Source: a virus
Taxonomy: Duplodnaviria; Caudoviricetes
Virus record (IMG/VR): IMGVR_UViG_2524614764_000005
Location: 40,462-104,461 of that record
Reading direction: 5' to 3' (one strand)
Length of the DNA: 64,000 nt
Below the pieces are notes generated by a model, which saw only the letters and a list, made by a program, of their open reading frames with translations, was not told the DNA's origin and did no database searches. Positions 21,462 through 30,726 of the stretch are shown here, one piece after another (positions within the stretch are counted from its first letter, which is position 1; each line of letters opens with the position of its first letter). The translations under genes were made by a program, and so were the position numbers.

Positions 21462-21516
21462 AATTAAATGTGCTATTTTAAATAAAAGAAGTATTTCATT
21501 TAGAAGGTGATGAAAA

Positions 21517-21549
21517 ATGAATCTTGAAGCAATTAAAGTAGGAGGTTGA
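21517..21549 (+). CDS. Minigene MNLEAIKVGG
   Basis: SD AAGGTGA 6 nt before ATG. Confidence 0.45.
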   Translation: MNLEAIKVGG

Positions 21550-21553
21550 CAGT

Positions 21554-21595
21554 ATGGGAGGTGAGTTCATGGCTGATATTCGTCCAGGAGGATAA
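21554..21595 (+). CDS. Minigene MGGEFMADIRPGG (alternative start 21569: MADIRPGG)
   Basis: SDs AGGAGGT and GGAGGTG precede the two ATGs; followed by terminator GAGGG-ACTAAA-CCCTC-TTTTT. Confidence 0.5.
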   Translation: MGGEFMADIRPGG

Positions 21596-21925
21596 GAGTG
21601 GAGGAGGGACTAAACCCTCTTTTTCATTCCACATTTGGCACATTTGCGTATGAATTCGCCTTTAGATATAGTGGACTTAAATTGAGCTGTATCACAATTG
21701 TCGCAGCGGCCACTATTTTTATCAGGGTATTCTCGTATGTCGTAAATCTTTTCTAAATCAATTTCTTTCAACATGATTTAATTTCTCCTTAGAGCAAGTT
21801 TTTAAGTGTTTATTATAGTATATGATCAAACAAAATTAAACTCCCTTAAATAAACAACAAATTACATATATTGTGTTGACAATGAAATGAAATTATAGTA
21901 AATTTATAGTAGGGAGTGGGGTCAT

Positions 21926-23083
21926 ATGAATCTTAAAACATACATAAAAAATAAATGCGAAGATGATTCTTCATTGGCTATGAAATTAGCTAAAATAGCT
22001 GGCTATTCGGATAGAACTGGCCTTTATAAATTCTTAAATAGCCCTAACAAAGAGATGGATGATTTAAACAATCTTATTAATTTAGTTAGGGAAGTTGATC
22101 AAGAAAGAGAAATTGAAATAATTAGCACCTATATTACAACACTCGACCCTAACAAATCAGCTGCTAGACAAGCTGTAGAATATTTAGATGCTAATCAACT
22201 TGGCGACGAAACTGATGAGCTAGTTATTAAATTATGTAATGCCAGCAACGCAGTGAGCAAAGAGTGGGGGAATGTATATCGCATCCATAGATTGCTCACA
22301 AAAGGTGAAATTGATTTAACTTCTGCTATCAAAGAAACTGGAACTATTAAAATCAAGAGTGAGGAAATGTTTGTTTTTTCAAGAATGATGACATTATATG
22401 AATACCTAAACATTGGTGAGTTTGGTCTTATGAAAAGCACTTCAACATATATCGATCTATCTAATTTGAAAAAGGGATACGTTAAGGATTCCTTTAGCTC
22501 AAGGTATTTGTTGCTTATGGCCAACGTGTTTTTAAATGATAACAATTTAAAACCTCTTAGAGACTACTGTAATCAAATTATATCTGAAGAAGTTAAGGTG
22601 AATCGATTTCAAGTGTTTGCTCACCTCACTTGCGGGAATTCTTATGTGTTTGATGATTATGATAAAGCAAAAGCATATTACATCAACGGTATGAAATTCG
22701 CAAAAAACAGTTTTCATAAATATAAACTTAGATCTGCATTAGCATTCTTAGAAAACACATGGGGAATAAAAGAAAACAAATACCTGGAACAGGAACCTAA
22801 GAATGATTCTGATTTTATAGAACTCGCACATCATTTAATGCTTAATGATCAAACCGAAAAAATGATGGAGGTGTTTAATAAATTAGATTCATCTACTATG
22901 CATGACAATGATTTAGGTTTTCTCTACTACGTTAAAGGAATTTTCTATAAAGATAAGGCTTGCTATTTGAAATCAGTTAAACATTTTAAGAAATCAGATG
23001 ACAAGTATTTTATCAAGCTACCTCTAATTAAGTTAAAAACAATGGGCATAGATAGTGAGATTTTAGATTTATTGGCTATCTAA
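21926..23083 (+). CDS. aimR: Arbitrium receptor AimR (RRNPP family)
   Basis: 385 aa; N-terminal HTH, AARQAVEYLDAN, SKEWGNVY, SVKHFKKSDDKYFIKLPL; followed by a signal-peptide gene. Confidence 0.93.
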   Translation: MNLKTYIKNKCEDDSSLAMKLAKIAGYSDRTGLYKFLNSPNKEMDDLNNLINLVREVDQEREIEIISTYITTLDPNKSAARQAVEYLDANQLGDETDELVIKLCNASNAVSKEWGNVYRIHRLLTKGEIDLTSAIKETGTIKIKSEEMFVFSRMMTLYEYLNIGEFGLMKSTSTYIDLSNLKKGYVKDSFSSRYLLLMANVFLNDNNLKPLRDYCNQIISEEVKVNRFQVFAHLTCGNSYVFDDYDKAKAYYINGMKFAKNSFHKYKLRSALAFLENTWGIKENKYLEQEPKNDSDFIELAHHLMLNDQTEKMMEVFNKLDSSTMHDNDLGFLYYVKGIFYKDKACYLKSVKHFKKSDDKYFIKLPLIKLKTMGIDSEILDLLAI

Positions 23084-23112
23084 ATTATAAGACTTGAAGG
23101 GAGGTGACATAT

Positions 23113-23238
23113 ATGAAAAAATTAGTCATGGCTTTAGTTTTACTTGCAGCAGTGGCAGGTGTGTTCTCTGGAACACAACAATCAATTGCTTTGGATGATG
23201 AGAAAGTCTCTACATCATCTGCTTCTAGAGGTGCATAA
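23113..23238 (+). CDS. aimP: Arbitrium pre-pro-peptide AimP (mature peptide SASRGA)
   Basis: MKKLVMALVLLAAVAGVFSGTQQSIALDDEKVSTSSASRGA: Sec signal plus C-terminal xxxRGA hexapeptide. Confidence 0.93.
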   Translation: MKKLVMALVLLAAVAGVFSGTQQSIALDDEKVSTSSASRGA

Positions 23239-23255
23239 ATGCATAGTTGGAACTT

Positions 23256-23279
23256 AGGGATAGAAATATCCCCTTTTTC
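23256..23279 (+). terminator. Terminator after aimP
   Basis: GGGATA-GAAA-TATCCC followed by a T-run. Confidence 0.75.
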
Positions 23280-23376
23280 TTGATAATTCTAGAATTAAAG
23301 TATATAATTATTTGAATAATTGTTGTACATAATATGACGTATAACCCTTATGGGGTTTGCGTCATTTTGTATTTTT
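23280..23376 (+). promoter_or_regulatory. aimX-region promoter plus leader terminator (likely AimR-controlled)
   Basis: TTGATA-17-TATAAT (23280-23308), then hairpin ATGACG..AAACCC/GGGTTT..CGTCAT plus T-run. Confidence 0.7.
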
Positions 23377-23530
23377 ACGACAATATGCCAGTTTTCAAGA
23401 AAATGAATAATGATCTTACAAAAGCACATTAAAAATGTGCTATTTGTCGTGAAAAAAGCTTTACATATAGTTTTTTATCGATTAAACTATAAATAAGACA
23501 TACGGAAATTGAAGTTTGAGGAGGAATACC

Positions 23531-23716
23531 ATGTTAGCTGCTAGAAAAGACAATGTTATAAATTTTAATAAAACGGTTTATGCTCGTAAGATAGATAAAT
23601 TCGGGGGAGAATGGTTTAATCACCAAGAAAACAAAAATAACATAGATAAAGAAATCAAAAAAGAACAAATTAGAAGATCGATGATTTCAGGATATTTGAA
23701 ATTATTGAATAGTTAG
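23531..23716 (+). CDS. yopM: YopM/SroA-position small protein
   Basis: SD GAGGAGG; synteny. Confidence 0.55.
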   Translation: MLAARKDNVINFNKTVYARKIDKFGGEWFNHQENKNNIDKEIKKEQIRRSMISGYLKLLNS

Positions 23717-23728
23717 GAGGTAAGGCCA

Positions 23729-24037
23729 GTGATTGCATCACCAGAAAAAAGCTGTGCGGACATTGAGTATCAGTACGAAATTATAAAAAGCTTAGAAGAA
23801 GAGCTCACATATTTACGCAGTCTTAGTTTTTCAATTAATTCACCAGTTGATTTATATAGGGTTAAACAGGCTGTAGATGCATACTTAAGACAAATAGATG
23901 AGTTTTCTTTTAATCAAACCGTACTGACAAACACTTATACTGGAGATCTTCTCGCAGCCTATGAGCATAGAATGGAATTCATTATAGAACTTCGAAAATC
24001 TGTTGAATATGAATTCGAGTATTTTATCACTACATAA
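23729..24037 (+). CDS. yopN: YopN/SroB-position protein
   Basis: Synteny and size (102 aa). Confidence 0.5.
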   Translation: MIASPEKSCADIEYQYEIIKSLEEELTYLRSLSFSINSPVDLYRVKQAVDAYLRQIDEFSFNQTVLTNTYTGDLLAAYEHRMEFIIELRKSVEYEFEYFITT

Positions 24038-24089
24038 AATTAACATCAATGGCCAGGGCATCTAAGATACATAAGCATTCGAAGGAGAT

Positions 24090-24278
24090 GTGCCAGTGCC
24101 TAATAACTTAATTAATATTATAGAACAATCAAACAAAACTATTGAGAGTGTAGCTGCTGAATCAGGCATCTCAGTGAAAAGGCTAAACCAAATCATCTCT
24201 AATCCTGAAGAGGCTAGGCTAATTGAAATGGCAAAAATAGCGATTGTTCTTAACTCAACAATTGAAGAATTAATGTGA
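24090..24278 (+). CDS. yopO: XRE HTH protein (SroC)
   Basis: HTH pattern; synteny. Confidence 0.65.
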   Translation: MPVPNNLINIIEQSNKTIESVAAESGISVKRLNQIISNPEEARLIEMAKIAIVLNSTIEELM

Positions 24279-24291
24279 AGGAGGGAGAAAA

Positions 24292-25374
24292 ATGAATTCG
24301 AAAGCAGTCCCATTAAAGGAATACACTGTATATAACGATATAATGACCTATCTAAAAAAGATCGATGATGAAGGATCAGTAGGAAATATTGATGTTTTTT
24401 CTAAAACACAGCGGAGACATAAATTGTTTGAGACAAATACAGCAGTTAATTATTATGGTGACATTAAACAATTCTTTGGTTTTCTTAAACCCACTATTGG
24501 AATAGAGTTTTTAACTCCGAAAGATATTGAAATCACATCAATTGACCTGATAAATTTTAGGAAACATCTGAAAGAAAAAGGTTTGGCGAATTCAACTATC
24601 AACCGTAAAGTGATATCAGTTAAAGGCTTATACAAGTTTCTTAAGTCAGTTAGTACTTATTCTTCTTCAATTGATTTAAATCAATTTGGATCAACAAAGA
24701 AATTAAAAGAAATCTCTAAAAGTTACGGCAAAACTACACAAACTGAAGCAGAAAGAATTGCTGAAAACATGCTATTTGAGCGGGAGAATGGCTTAAAAAA
24801 GAAGCTACTAACAAAATTTCTAATTCGTACTTCTTTTAGGATCGAGTATGCACTTACTGTTAGATGGATGGATATCAAGAAAGTTGATGGTGAATTGTAT
24901 AAAGTTGAAGCTTTGAACAAAGGTTCGTATGTAGTTTCTACAGGACTACATGAAAATTTCTTAAATGAGTTGCGGCAATTAAGAAAACAAAACAGTATGG
25001 AGAATGATTTAGTGTTTGGTGGATTGACATCAAGATCTTACAGAGAATCGTTCAACAGAGCTTTGGATAGATTAGATATACCTGCATCAAGAAACCTTAA
25101 ACCTCACTCTTTAAAGGGAGTTGGGATTGATATAGCTTATGAAGAGTCTGGCAATGATATTCGAGTTGCTATGAATCAAGGGAACCATAAAGATCCTACG
25201 ACTCCATTGAGATATTTAACTAAAAATGACAACATCGAAAACTCTGCGGGTATATTGATGGATAAAGAAGTAGATTTTACATTGATTGAAAGTGCGACAA
25301 AAGAGGATTTTGTCAATTTTTTTCGTAAAGCAGATAGGGGAACTATGCAAAAGTTCCTAGATTTTGTGAGGTAA
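24292..25374 (+). CDS. yopP: Tyrosine-recombinase-fold protein (SroD)
   Basis: SAM-like domain (LANSTINRKVISVKGLYKFL); catalytic-type residues SFR, PHSLK, GNH...RY. Confidence 0.8.
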   Translation: MNSKAVPLKEYTVYNDIMTYLKKIDDEGSVGNIDVFSKTQRRHKLFETNTAVNYYGDIKQFFGFLKPTIGIEFLTPKDIEITSIDLINFRKHLKEKGLANSTINRKVISVKGLYKFLKSVSTYSSSIDLNQFGSTKKLKEISKSYGKTTQTEAERIAENMLFERENGLKKKLLTKFLIRTSFRIEYALTVRWMDIKKVDGELYKVEALNKGSYVVSTGLHENFLNELRQLRKQNSMENDLVFGGLTSRSYRESFNRALDRLDIPASRNLKPHSLKGVGIDIAYEESGNDIRVAMNQGNHKDPTTPLRYLTKNDNIENSAGILMDKEVDFTLIESATKEDFVNFFRKADRGTMQKFLDFVR

Positions 25375-25457
25375 GTTTACATTTAGATTAATTTTATGAC
25401 TATAAATTGATTTAATATAATTTGTTTGTTATTTTTGTTTTAGAAGAGGTGTGCTAT

Positions 25458-26846
25458 ATGAATAAGTTAGTTATTTTTGATAATGAAAAAGATGCTTTAC
25501 TAAATGAAACAATAGAAATGCTATTGCAAAAAAATAAACATGACAAACAATTTAGAGAAAGACTGCAAAATGCTCTTTCTCATAAAGGCGTTTCGCCAGG
25601 GGAAACGATGAATCTAATAATAAGATTTGGGAGACAGGAAGCGCTGCAGAAAGAAGAAAAATACCTACTAGCTTCAGGTATATACGAAGTAACTAAAGAT
25701 GAAAAGATTAATCCAATAAATTATTTTCCGGAAAGAATAATTCAAGAAATTGAAACAACGTGGGAAGGTTTCTCACAGAATAATGACAGTGAGCTGAATT
25801 TTCCCATAAAATTTGAGGATGTTACTAAAGTAGATGACAACAACTACACATTCTTACTTAAAAGAAGTGAAATAGCAAAGATGTATGAAAACCATTTGCT
25901 TCAATACAACCCAAGAACTCAAAGGACTAGTGAGACTAAAAATTTTGAGTTCTTAGGTGGTGAAATACCTATCCCTGAGCTAAATCAAAACGCAGTAGAA
26001 GAGATTTCACAAAAAACTATCTATGGTACCTTAATAAGCTCAACTTTAATACTTAACGCAAGATTTGGTTCATCTTCCGAAGGGATTGAGGTAGTTTATG
26101 ACCCCCATGAAAGAACTTTAACAGTTATGAGCGGCACTCTGCTAGATGTAATTGATGGTTATCATCGAATTGTAGGGATATCGAAAGCAGTAAGATCTGG
26201 CAGCTTTGATGATAAATTTATGAAAATAGACTTTTATAATGTAACTCAGAAAGTTGCAAGACAGTTATTTGGTCAGCATAATACAATGACTCCTGTAAGA
26301 CTTTCGAAGTTAAAAGAAATGAATGAAGAAAATCCTGTGAATAAAGTTGTTACTCATATAAGAGACAACAGTGTAATTGGACAGAGAATCAGTTTAGATA
26401 TTGATGTTATTACAACTCATTCAGATTATTTATATTCTTTAAATGACGTAGCAAATGCAGTTGAGGCTACAAAATTTCCTAAGCTGCTTAAAGATCAGAT
26501 TGCTGTAAGAAAAATAGGGGTTTATTTGGTAGAATTTTTTGATGAAGTGACTGAGTTTTATTATGAAGAGTTTCTGGGTGACAAATTTGAGCAGGCGCAA
26601 AAAACAATTGTAATAAATAAAAATATTTTAGTTGGATTGATGGAAATAGCGTATTATATGTACACTTCTGGAATTAGCGCAAAAATGGCGCAACAAATAA
26701 TTATAAAAAAGGGATTTAACTTCAACAGAAATAATCCAGAATTAACAAAATACAAAATATTGAATAAAAAAAATGAAGTAACTCACAGTAAGAATCATAT
26801 TTTAAAATATGTTAAAGACAAATTGAATGAAGTAGAAGGTGTATAG
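25458..26846 (+). CDS. yopQ: DndB/ParB-like protein (SroE)
   Basis: QYNPRTQR and IDGYHR motifs; synteny. Confidence 0.75.
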   Translation: MNKLVIFDNEKDALLNETIEMLLQKNKHDKQFRERLQNALSHKGVSPGETMNLIIRFGRQEALQKEEKYLLASGIYEVTKDEKINPINYFPERIIQEIETTWEGFSQNNDSELNFPIKFEDVTKVDDNNYTFLLKRSEIAKMYENHLLQYNPRTQRTSETKNFEFLGGEIPIPELNQNAVEEISQKTIYGTLISSTLILNARFGSSSEGIEVVYDPHERTLTVMSGTLLDVIDGYHRIVGISKAVRSGSFDDKFMKIDFYNVTQKVARQLFGQHNTMTPVRLSKLKEMNEENPVNKVVTHIRDNSVIGQRISLDIDVITTHSDYLYSLNDVANAVEATKFPKLLKDQIAVRKIGVYLVEFFDEVTEFYYEEFLGDKFEQAQKTIVINKNILVGLMEIAYYMYTSGISAKMAQQIIIKKGFNFNRNNPELTKYKILNKKNEVTHSKNHILKYVKDKLNEVEGV

Positions 26847-26848
26847 CT

Positions 26849-27838
26849 TTGTGGTATAACTCACAGTTTAAAAAAACTTATTTAGATACATTAAGTAGTG
26901 ATAGCCAGCAAAAGCAAGTATCACTGTTGTTCAATCACTCTCAAAAAGAGGAAGAAATAAGAGAAAAAGACTTATTTGATTTTACAACGGATGAAATTTT
27001 GAATGTGCTAAGAGCAATGTATTCAACTTCTCTTGCATCTTTGGAAACATTTTTATATAACATGATAAGCTATATAGATTGGTCAATTGCAAATGGTGTT
27101 ACAAAGGGTAGTAATAATTTGGCTAGGTTGATAAAAACCAATGATTTATTGTCATGTATAGATTCTTCATTAAAATTATATATAACTAAAAATGAATTAG
27201 AGAAAATGTGTGCAGAATTAATTAATGCCCAAGATAGAGCATTGTTTAGATTGCTTTTTGAGGGAATATTGGGCTTTGAGGCAAGTGAAATGACCAGTCT
27301 TAAAAGAAGTGATATTGAAAAAGCGTTGAATAATAATAATATGCTAACTGTGCATGATTCTAAATTTGGCGAAAGAACTGTAAAAGTAGACAAAATAACT
27401 TTGCAAGACTGTCTTGAAGCAAACCGACAAACAGAATATAAACCATTGAATGGGAAACCAGGGCTAAGAAAGCCATCATTAAGTTTAGTTGATAATGAAT
27501 ATGTAATAAAAACAAAACAGACTAATGCGATTGGACAAGGACAAGCTTCGAGAACTGTAGTAAGTTCTACTTTTAGAAACCTTAAAGAAATTTTTGGTTT
27601 TTCATTTTTAAGACCTATAGGTATAGTTAAGTCAGGCCTTCTATATGAGGGTTATAAGCTGATATTAAAAGGGGAAGAGTTGGACAGAAAAGCTCTTAAT
27701 GAAATATATGAAGATAGGAAAGTCCAAACAACGGACTTGAACCAAAAGATCATTTCAGATCGAAGAGAATTTATGAATGAGGAAACCATAAGAAAATATT
27801 ACGCAGATGAACTTAAAGAAGAAGGCAAATCTAAATGA
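26849..27838 (+). CDS. yopR: Master repressor MrpR (SroF), catalytically degenerate recombinase fold
   Basis: EKDLFDFT, LINAQD...LLFEG, IVKSG; lacks HxxR; synteny. Confidence 0.8.
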   Translation: MWYNSQFKKTYLDTLSSDSQQKQVSLLFNHSQKEEEIREKDLFDFTTDEILNVLRAMYSTSLASLETFLYNMISYIDWSIANGVTKGSNNLARLIKTNDLLSCIDSSLKLYITKNELEKMCAELINAQDRALFRLLFEGILGFEASEMTSLKRSDIEKALNNNNMLTVHDSKFGERTVKVDKITLQDCLEANRQTEYKPLNGKPGLRKPSLSLVDNEYVIKTKQTNAIGQGQASRTVVSSTFRNLKEIFGFSFLRPIGIVKSGLLYEGYKLILKGEELDRKALNEIYEDRKVQTTDLNQKIISDRREFMNEETIRKYYADELKEEGKSK

Positions 27839-27992
27839 TTTGTCTTCTTTTTATGAAAAATTCTAAATAATTTCCCTATTCGACAAAAAAAGACAAAATA
27901 TTGTGTATACAACCTGTTATGCTTATAGTAGTATAGTCTTATCAGCGAATTCGCTGATAACGGAGGTGTACTGAGACCATTGTCTCAGTTAA

Positions 27993-28211
27993 TCAATGCC
28001 GTATCCTAAACTCAAACAAATCATCAATCCTGCATCCAATAGCCATAGCGATCTTAGCTGCCGTTTTAATACGGATGTCTACAGGTTTATTGATTATTTG
28101 AAAGATGGTTTGTGGCGTCAGGCCTGTGGCACGTGCCAAGTCAGCTTGAGTCCAGTTTTTTTCTTTCAATAGTTTAGGAATATGACATTGCCCGATCTCT
28201 ACATTTAACAT
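27993..28211 (-). CDS. yopS: XRE HTH regulator
   Basis: VEIGQCHIPKLL...TAAKIAMAIGCRIDDLF. Confidence 0.8.
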   Translation of the reverse strand: MLNVEIGQCHIPKLLKEKNWTQADLARATGLTPQTIFQIINKPVDIRIKTAAKIAMAIGCRIDDLFEFRIRH

Positions 28212-28342
28212 CGGACAACCTCCAGTTTTGTTGTTAAAATGTACAAGCTCTATTACATATCATACCAACTTAACCACAATAAAAAAAGAAAAAAATATTG
28301 TAGCCAATATTAGAGCTAAGATGTATAATTAGAACAAGAAAC

Positions 28343-28356
28343 AGAACACACGTTCC
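28343..28356 (+). promoter_or_regulatory. LexA/DinR SOS box downstream of a TATAAT -10
   Basis: AGAAC-ACAC-GTTCC, in the yopS/yopT intergenic region. Confidence 0.75.
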
Positions 28357-28391
28357 TTTTATGTTGCAGGAGACTAATTAGATAGGGAGAA

Positions 28392-28616
28392 ATGAGTATG
28401 GCTAATAAGTTTAGAGCCTGCTTCGTTATAAGCGCTGATACATTCTTAGAAATTGAAGATGTTGAAAATACTGAGGCTGCGTATAAAAAAGCGGATTTGG
28501 TTATGACACCTTATGAATTAACAACAGATATCATATTAAAAATTGGTGATAGGGAAATAAAATTAGAATCTGGATGTCTGGATATTACATTAGAGAATGT
28601 TGAAGAGATAGATTAA
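28392..28616 (+). CDS. YopT-position small protein
   Basis: ORF after the SOS promoter. Confidence 0.6.
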   Translation: MSMANKFRACFVISADTFLEIEDVENTEAAYKKADLVMTPYELTTDIILKIGDREIKLESGCLDITLENVEEID

Positions 28617-28690
28617 ACCTAAAATAACATAAATCCTACATCTAAGATTGTAATCAACTTGCTTTCGGATTGGAAAGAAGATAGCTAAAT

Positions 28691-28888
28691 ATGGCAAATG
28701 TCATTATTAAGAGAAAAGACTACCAGGATATTAATCTAAAAATCAATGTGGACAAACTAAGTGACATGGAAATCGCCTTTGAGCTCGTATTATCAGGGAA
28801 AAACAATAATATTGCGATAACAATGAATCCCTCAGACTTGATACAGCTGAGGGATAAAATTAATGAAACAATTTTTAAGCTGTCATAA
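28691..28888 (+). CDS. Hypothetical protein
   Basis: Followed by terminator ATAAGAGC-ATTATTT-GCTCTTAT-TTTT. Confidence 0.6.
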   Translation: MANVIIKRKDYQDINLKINVDKLSDMEIAFELVLSGKNNNIAITMNPSDLIQLRDKINETIFKLS

Positions 28889-29213
28889 GAGCATTATTTG
28901 CTCTTATTTTTATGTAAATAAAACAAAATAACAATTATCTATTGACATGGAATGGAAGAGTATCGTAACATTAAAATACAAATAACATATATATTAACGG
29001 AAGGAGTTATGATTGGAAATATTAGAATCAAAGTTAGAAAAGATTGAGGGTTCGATTTCTAATTTCAAAAGAAACTTAGAAAAAGGTAAGACTGAAGCAA
29101 TTGGTGATATTCATTCAATAATAGAGTACGGCTATGAATTGCTCTACATATATGAAGCAGCAAGATATGATGATAAAATGTAAGTTTTATTTAGAATAGG
29201 AGGTAAAGGCCAT

Positions 29214-29540
29214 ATCGTAAATGATCAATCATTTGAAATTAAAAATACAAATTACAAGCATACTATAGACTTATTGTCAGACATGTTTAACATTACAAAT
29301 GGTGTAGTTGAAAGTGGAAATACATTGATTAAGTCAATTAGATTTCTTGATGAGGGTGTCTCATATTCCATTGGAGATAGTGTGGAGGGCTTCTCGGAAG
29401 CTAAGATATATTTCATCTATGACTATCGAGAAGAGCCTGAGAAAGCATTCTGGATTTATCTAGATAGCGGTGATCAGTTCTTTGTGAACAAGGGGAAAGT
29501 AATTGTAGAGTATTATAAAGGAGGAGAGTATATCGACTAA
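29214..29540 (+). CDS. Hypothetical protein (possible ATC start; track start 29274)
   Basis: Strong SD AGGAGGT precedes an in-frame ATC. Confidence 0.55.
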   Translation: MVNDQSFEIKNTNYKHTIDLLSDMFNITNGVVESGNTLIKSIRFLDEGVSYSIGDSVEGFSEAKIYFIYDYREEPEKAFWIYLDSGDQFFVNKGKVIVEYYKGGEYID

Positions 29541-30711
29541 GAGATTTGAGTTATCAGAGATGCAACAGGAAGCTGTAAGAATTATTGAAGACTGGTTTAA
29601 AAATTCAAAAAAGAAATCTTTTTTCCTTGCAGGGTATGCTGGCACAGGAAAAACAACACTTGTCGAATACATAATAGAAAAATTACATATAAAAGACAGT
29701 GAAGTAGCTTTTGCTTGTTATACAGGTAAAGCCTCATTGGTGGTAACAAGAAAAGCAAATGGAAAGTATACAGCAAGTACAATACATAAACTTATATATA
29801 ATGTAAGAACAGACAGAAATGGTGACTTACATTCTGAGAAAAAATCTAAGGATGAGTTATCTCATTTAAAACTGATTGTGATTGATGAAGCTTCAATGGT
29901 GGATGGTAAGATCATGAAAGATCTGAAGTCATTCGGTATCAAAATTCTATTTATTGGAGATACAGGACAATTACCACCCGTATCACAAGATGGAATTGAA
30001 GATTTCATGACTATGTTTAACAATCCAGATTTCACCCTAACTGAGATTCATAGACAGGCAGCTGAAAACCCTATAATTAAATTGTCCATGATGGCTAGAA
30101 CAAAGCAGGAAATTGCTACTGGGGTATATGGAGAGAACAAAGAAGTTGTTGTCATTGATAAAGTAACGTGGGAATCACACAAAAAAAGATTATATAAAAC
30201 TGCTGATCAAATCATTTGCGGGTTCAATAAAACAAGGTCACATATTAACGATGAGATTAGGGAGCTTTTGGGTTTCGACTCAATTTATCCAATGATCGGC
30301 GATAAAATGATATGCCTGAAGAATGATTGGGATAAATCAGTTAACGATTATTCTCTAGTTAATGGAATGACTGGTTATGTACATAAAGTATATAGCAGTG
30401 ATGAAATTAAAAGGGATCCTAAATATGAGTCAACAGTTATTGATTTTAGACCAGACTTTACAGATGAATTTTTCAAGGAGCTTTATATCCCAAATGATTC
30501 AATTGGGAATCCAGGATTCAAATTATTGCCCTATGATGAATCTGATTACAATCGTTTTGATTTCGGATATGCAATCACTTGTCATAAATCTCAAGGATCA
30601 CAATGGGACAATGTTGTGGTACTTAACGAAGTGCTAAATCATGAAACGCATCACAGATGGCTCTATACAGCTATCACTAGAGCAGCAGAAAAGCTTATAC
30701 TTGTTGTTTAA
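29530..30711 (+). CDS. RecD2/Dda-like SF1B 5'-3' helicase (possible ATA start; first ATG 29560)
   Basis: GYAGTGKTT, IDEASM, GDTGQLPPV, HRQ, YAITCHKSQGS, LYTAITRA. Confidence 0.9.
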   Translation: MSTKRFELSEMQQEAVRIIEDWFKNSKKKSFFLAGYAGTGKTTLVEYIIEKLHIKDSEVAFACYTGKASLVVTRKANGKYTASTIHKLIYNVRTDRNGDLHSEKKSKDELSHLKLIVIDEASMVDGKIMKDLKSFGIKILFIGDTGQLPPVSQDGIEDFMTMFNNPDFTLTEIHRQAAENPIIKLSMMARTKQEIATGVYGENKEVVVIDKVTWESHKKRLYKTADQIICGFNKTRSHINDEIRELLGFDSIYPMIGDKMICLKNDWDKSVNDYSLVNGMTGYVHKVYSSDEIKRDPKYESTVIDFRPDFTDEFFKELYIPNDSIGNPGFKLLPYDESDYNRFDFGYAITCHKSQGSQWDNVVVLNEVLNHETHHRWLYTAITRAAEKLILVV

Positions 30712-30726
30712 ATAAGGAGGAGAGTT

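Noticed and set aside
24292-27838. yopP/yopR as the prophage integrase marking a boundary
   Set aside because: They are internal lysogeny-operon genes with phage genes on both sides and no att or host DNA.
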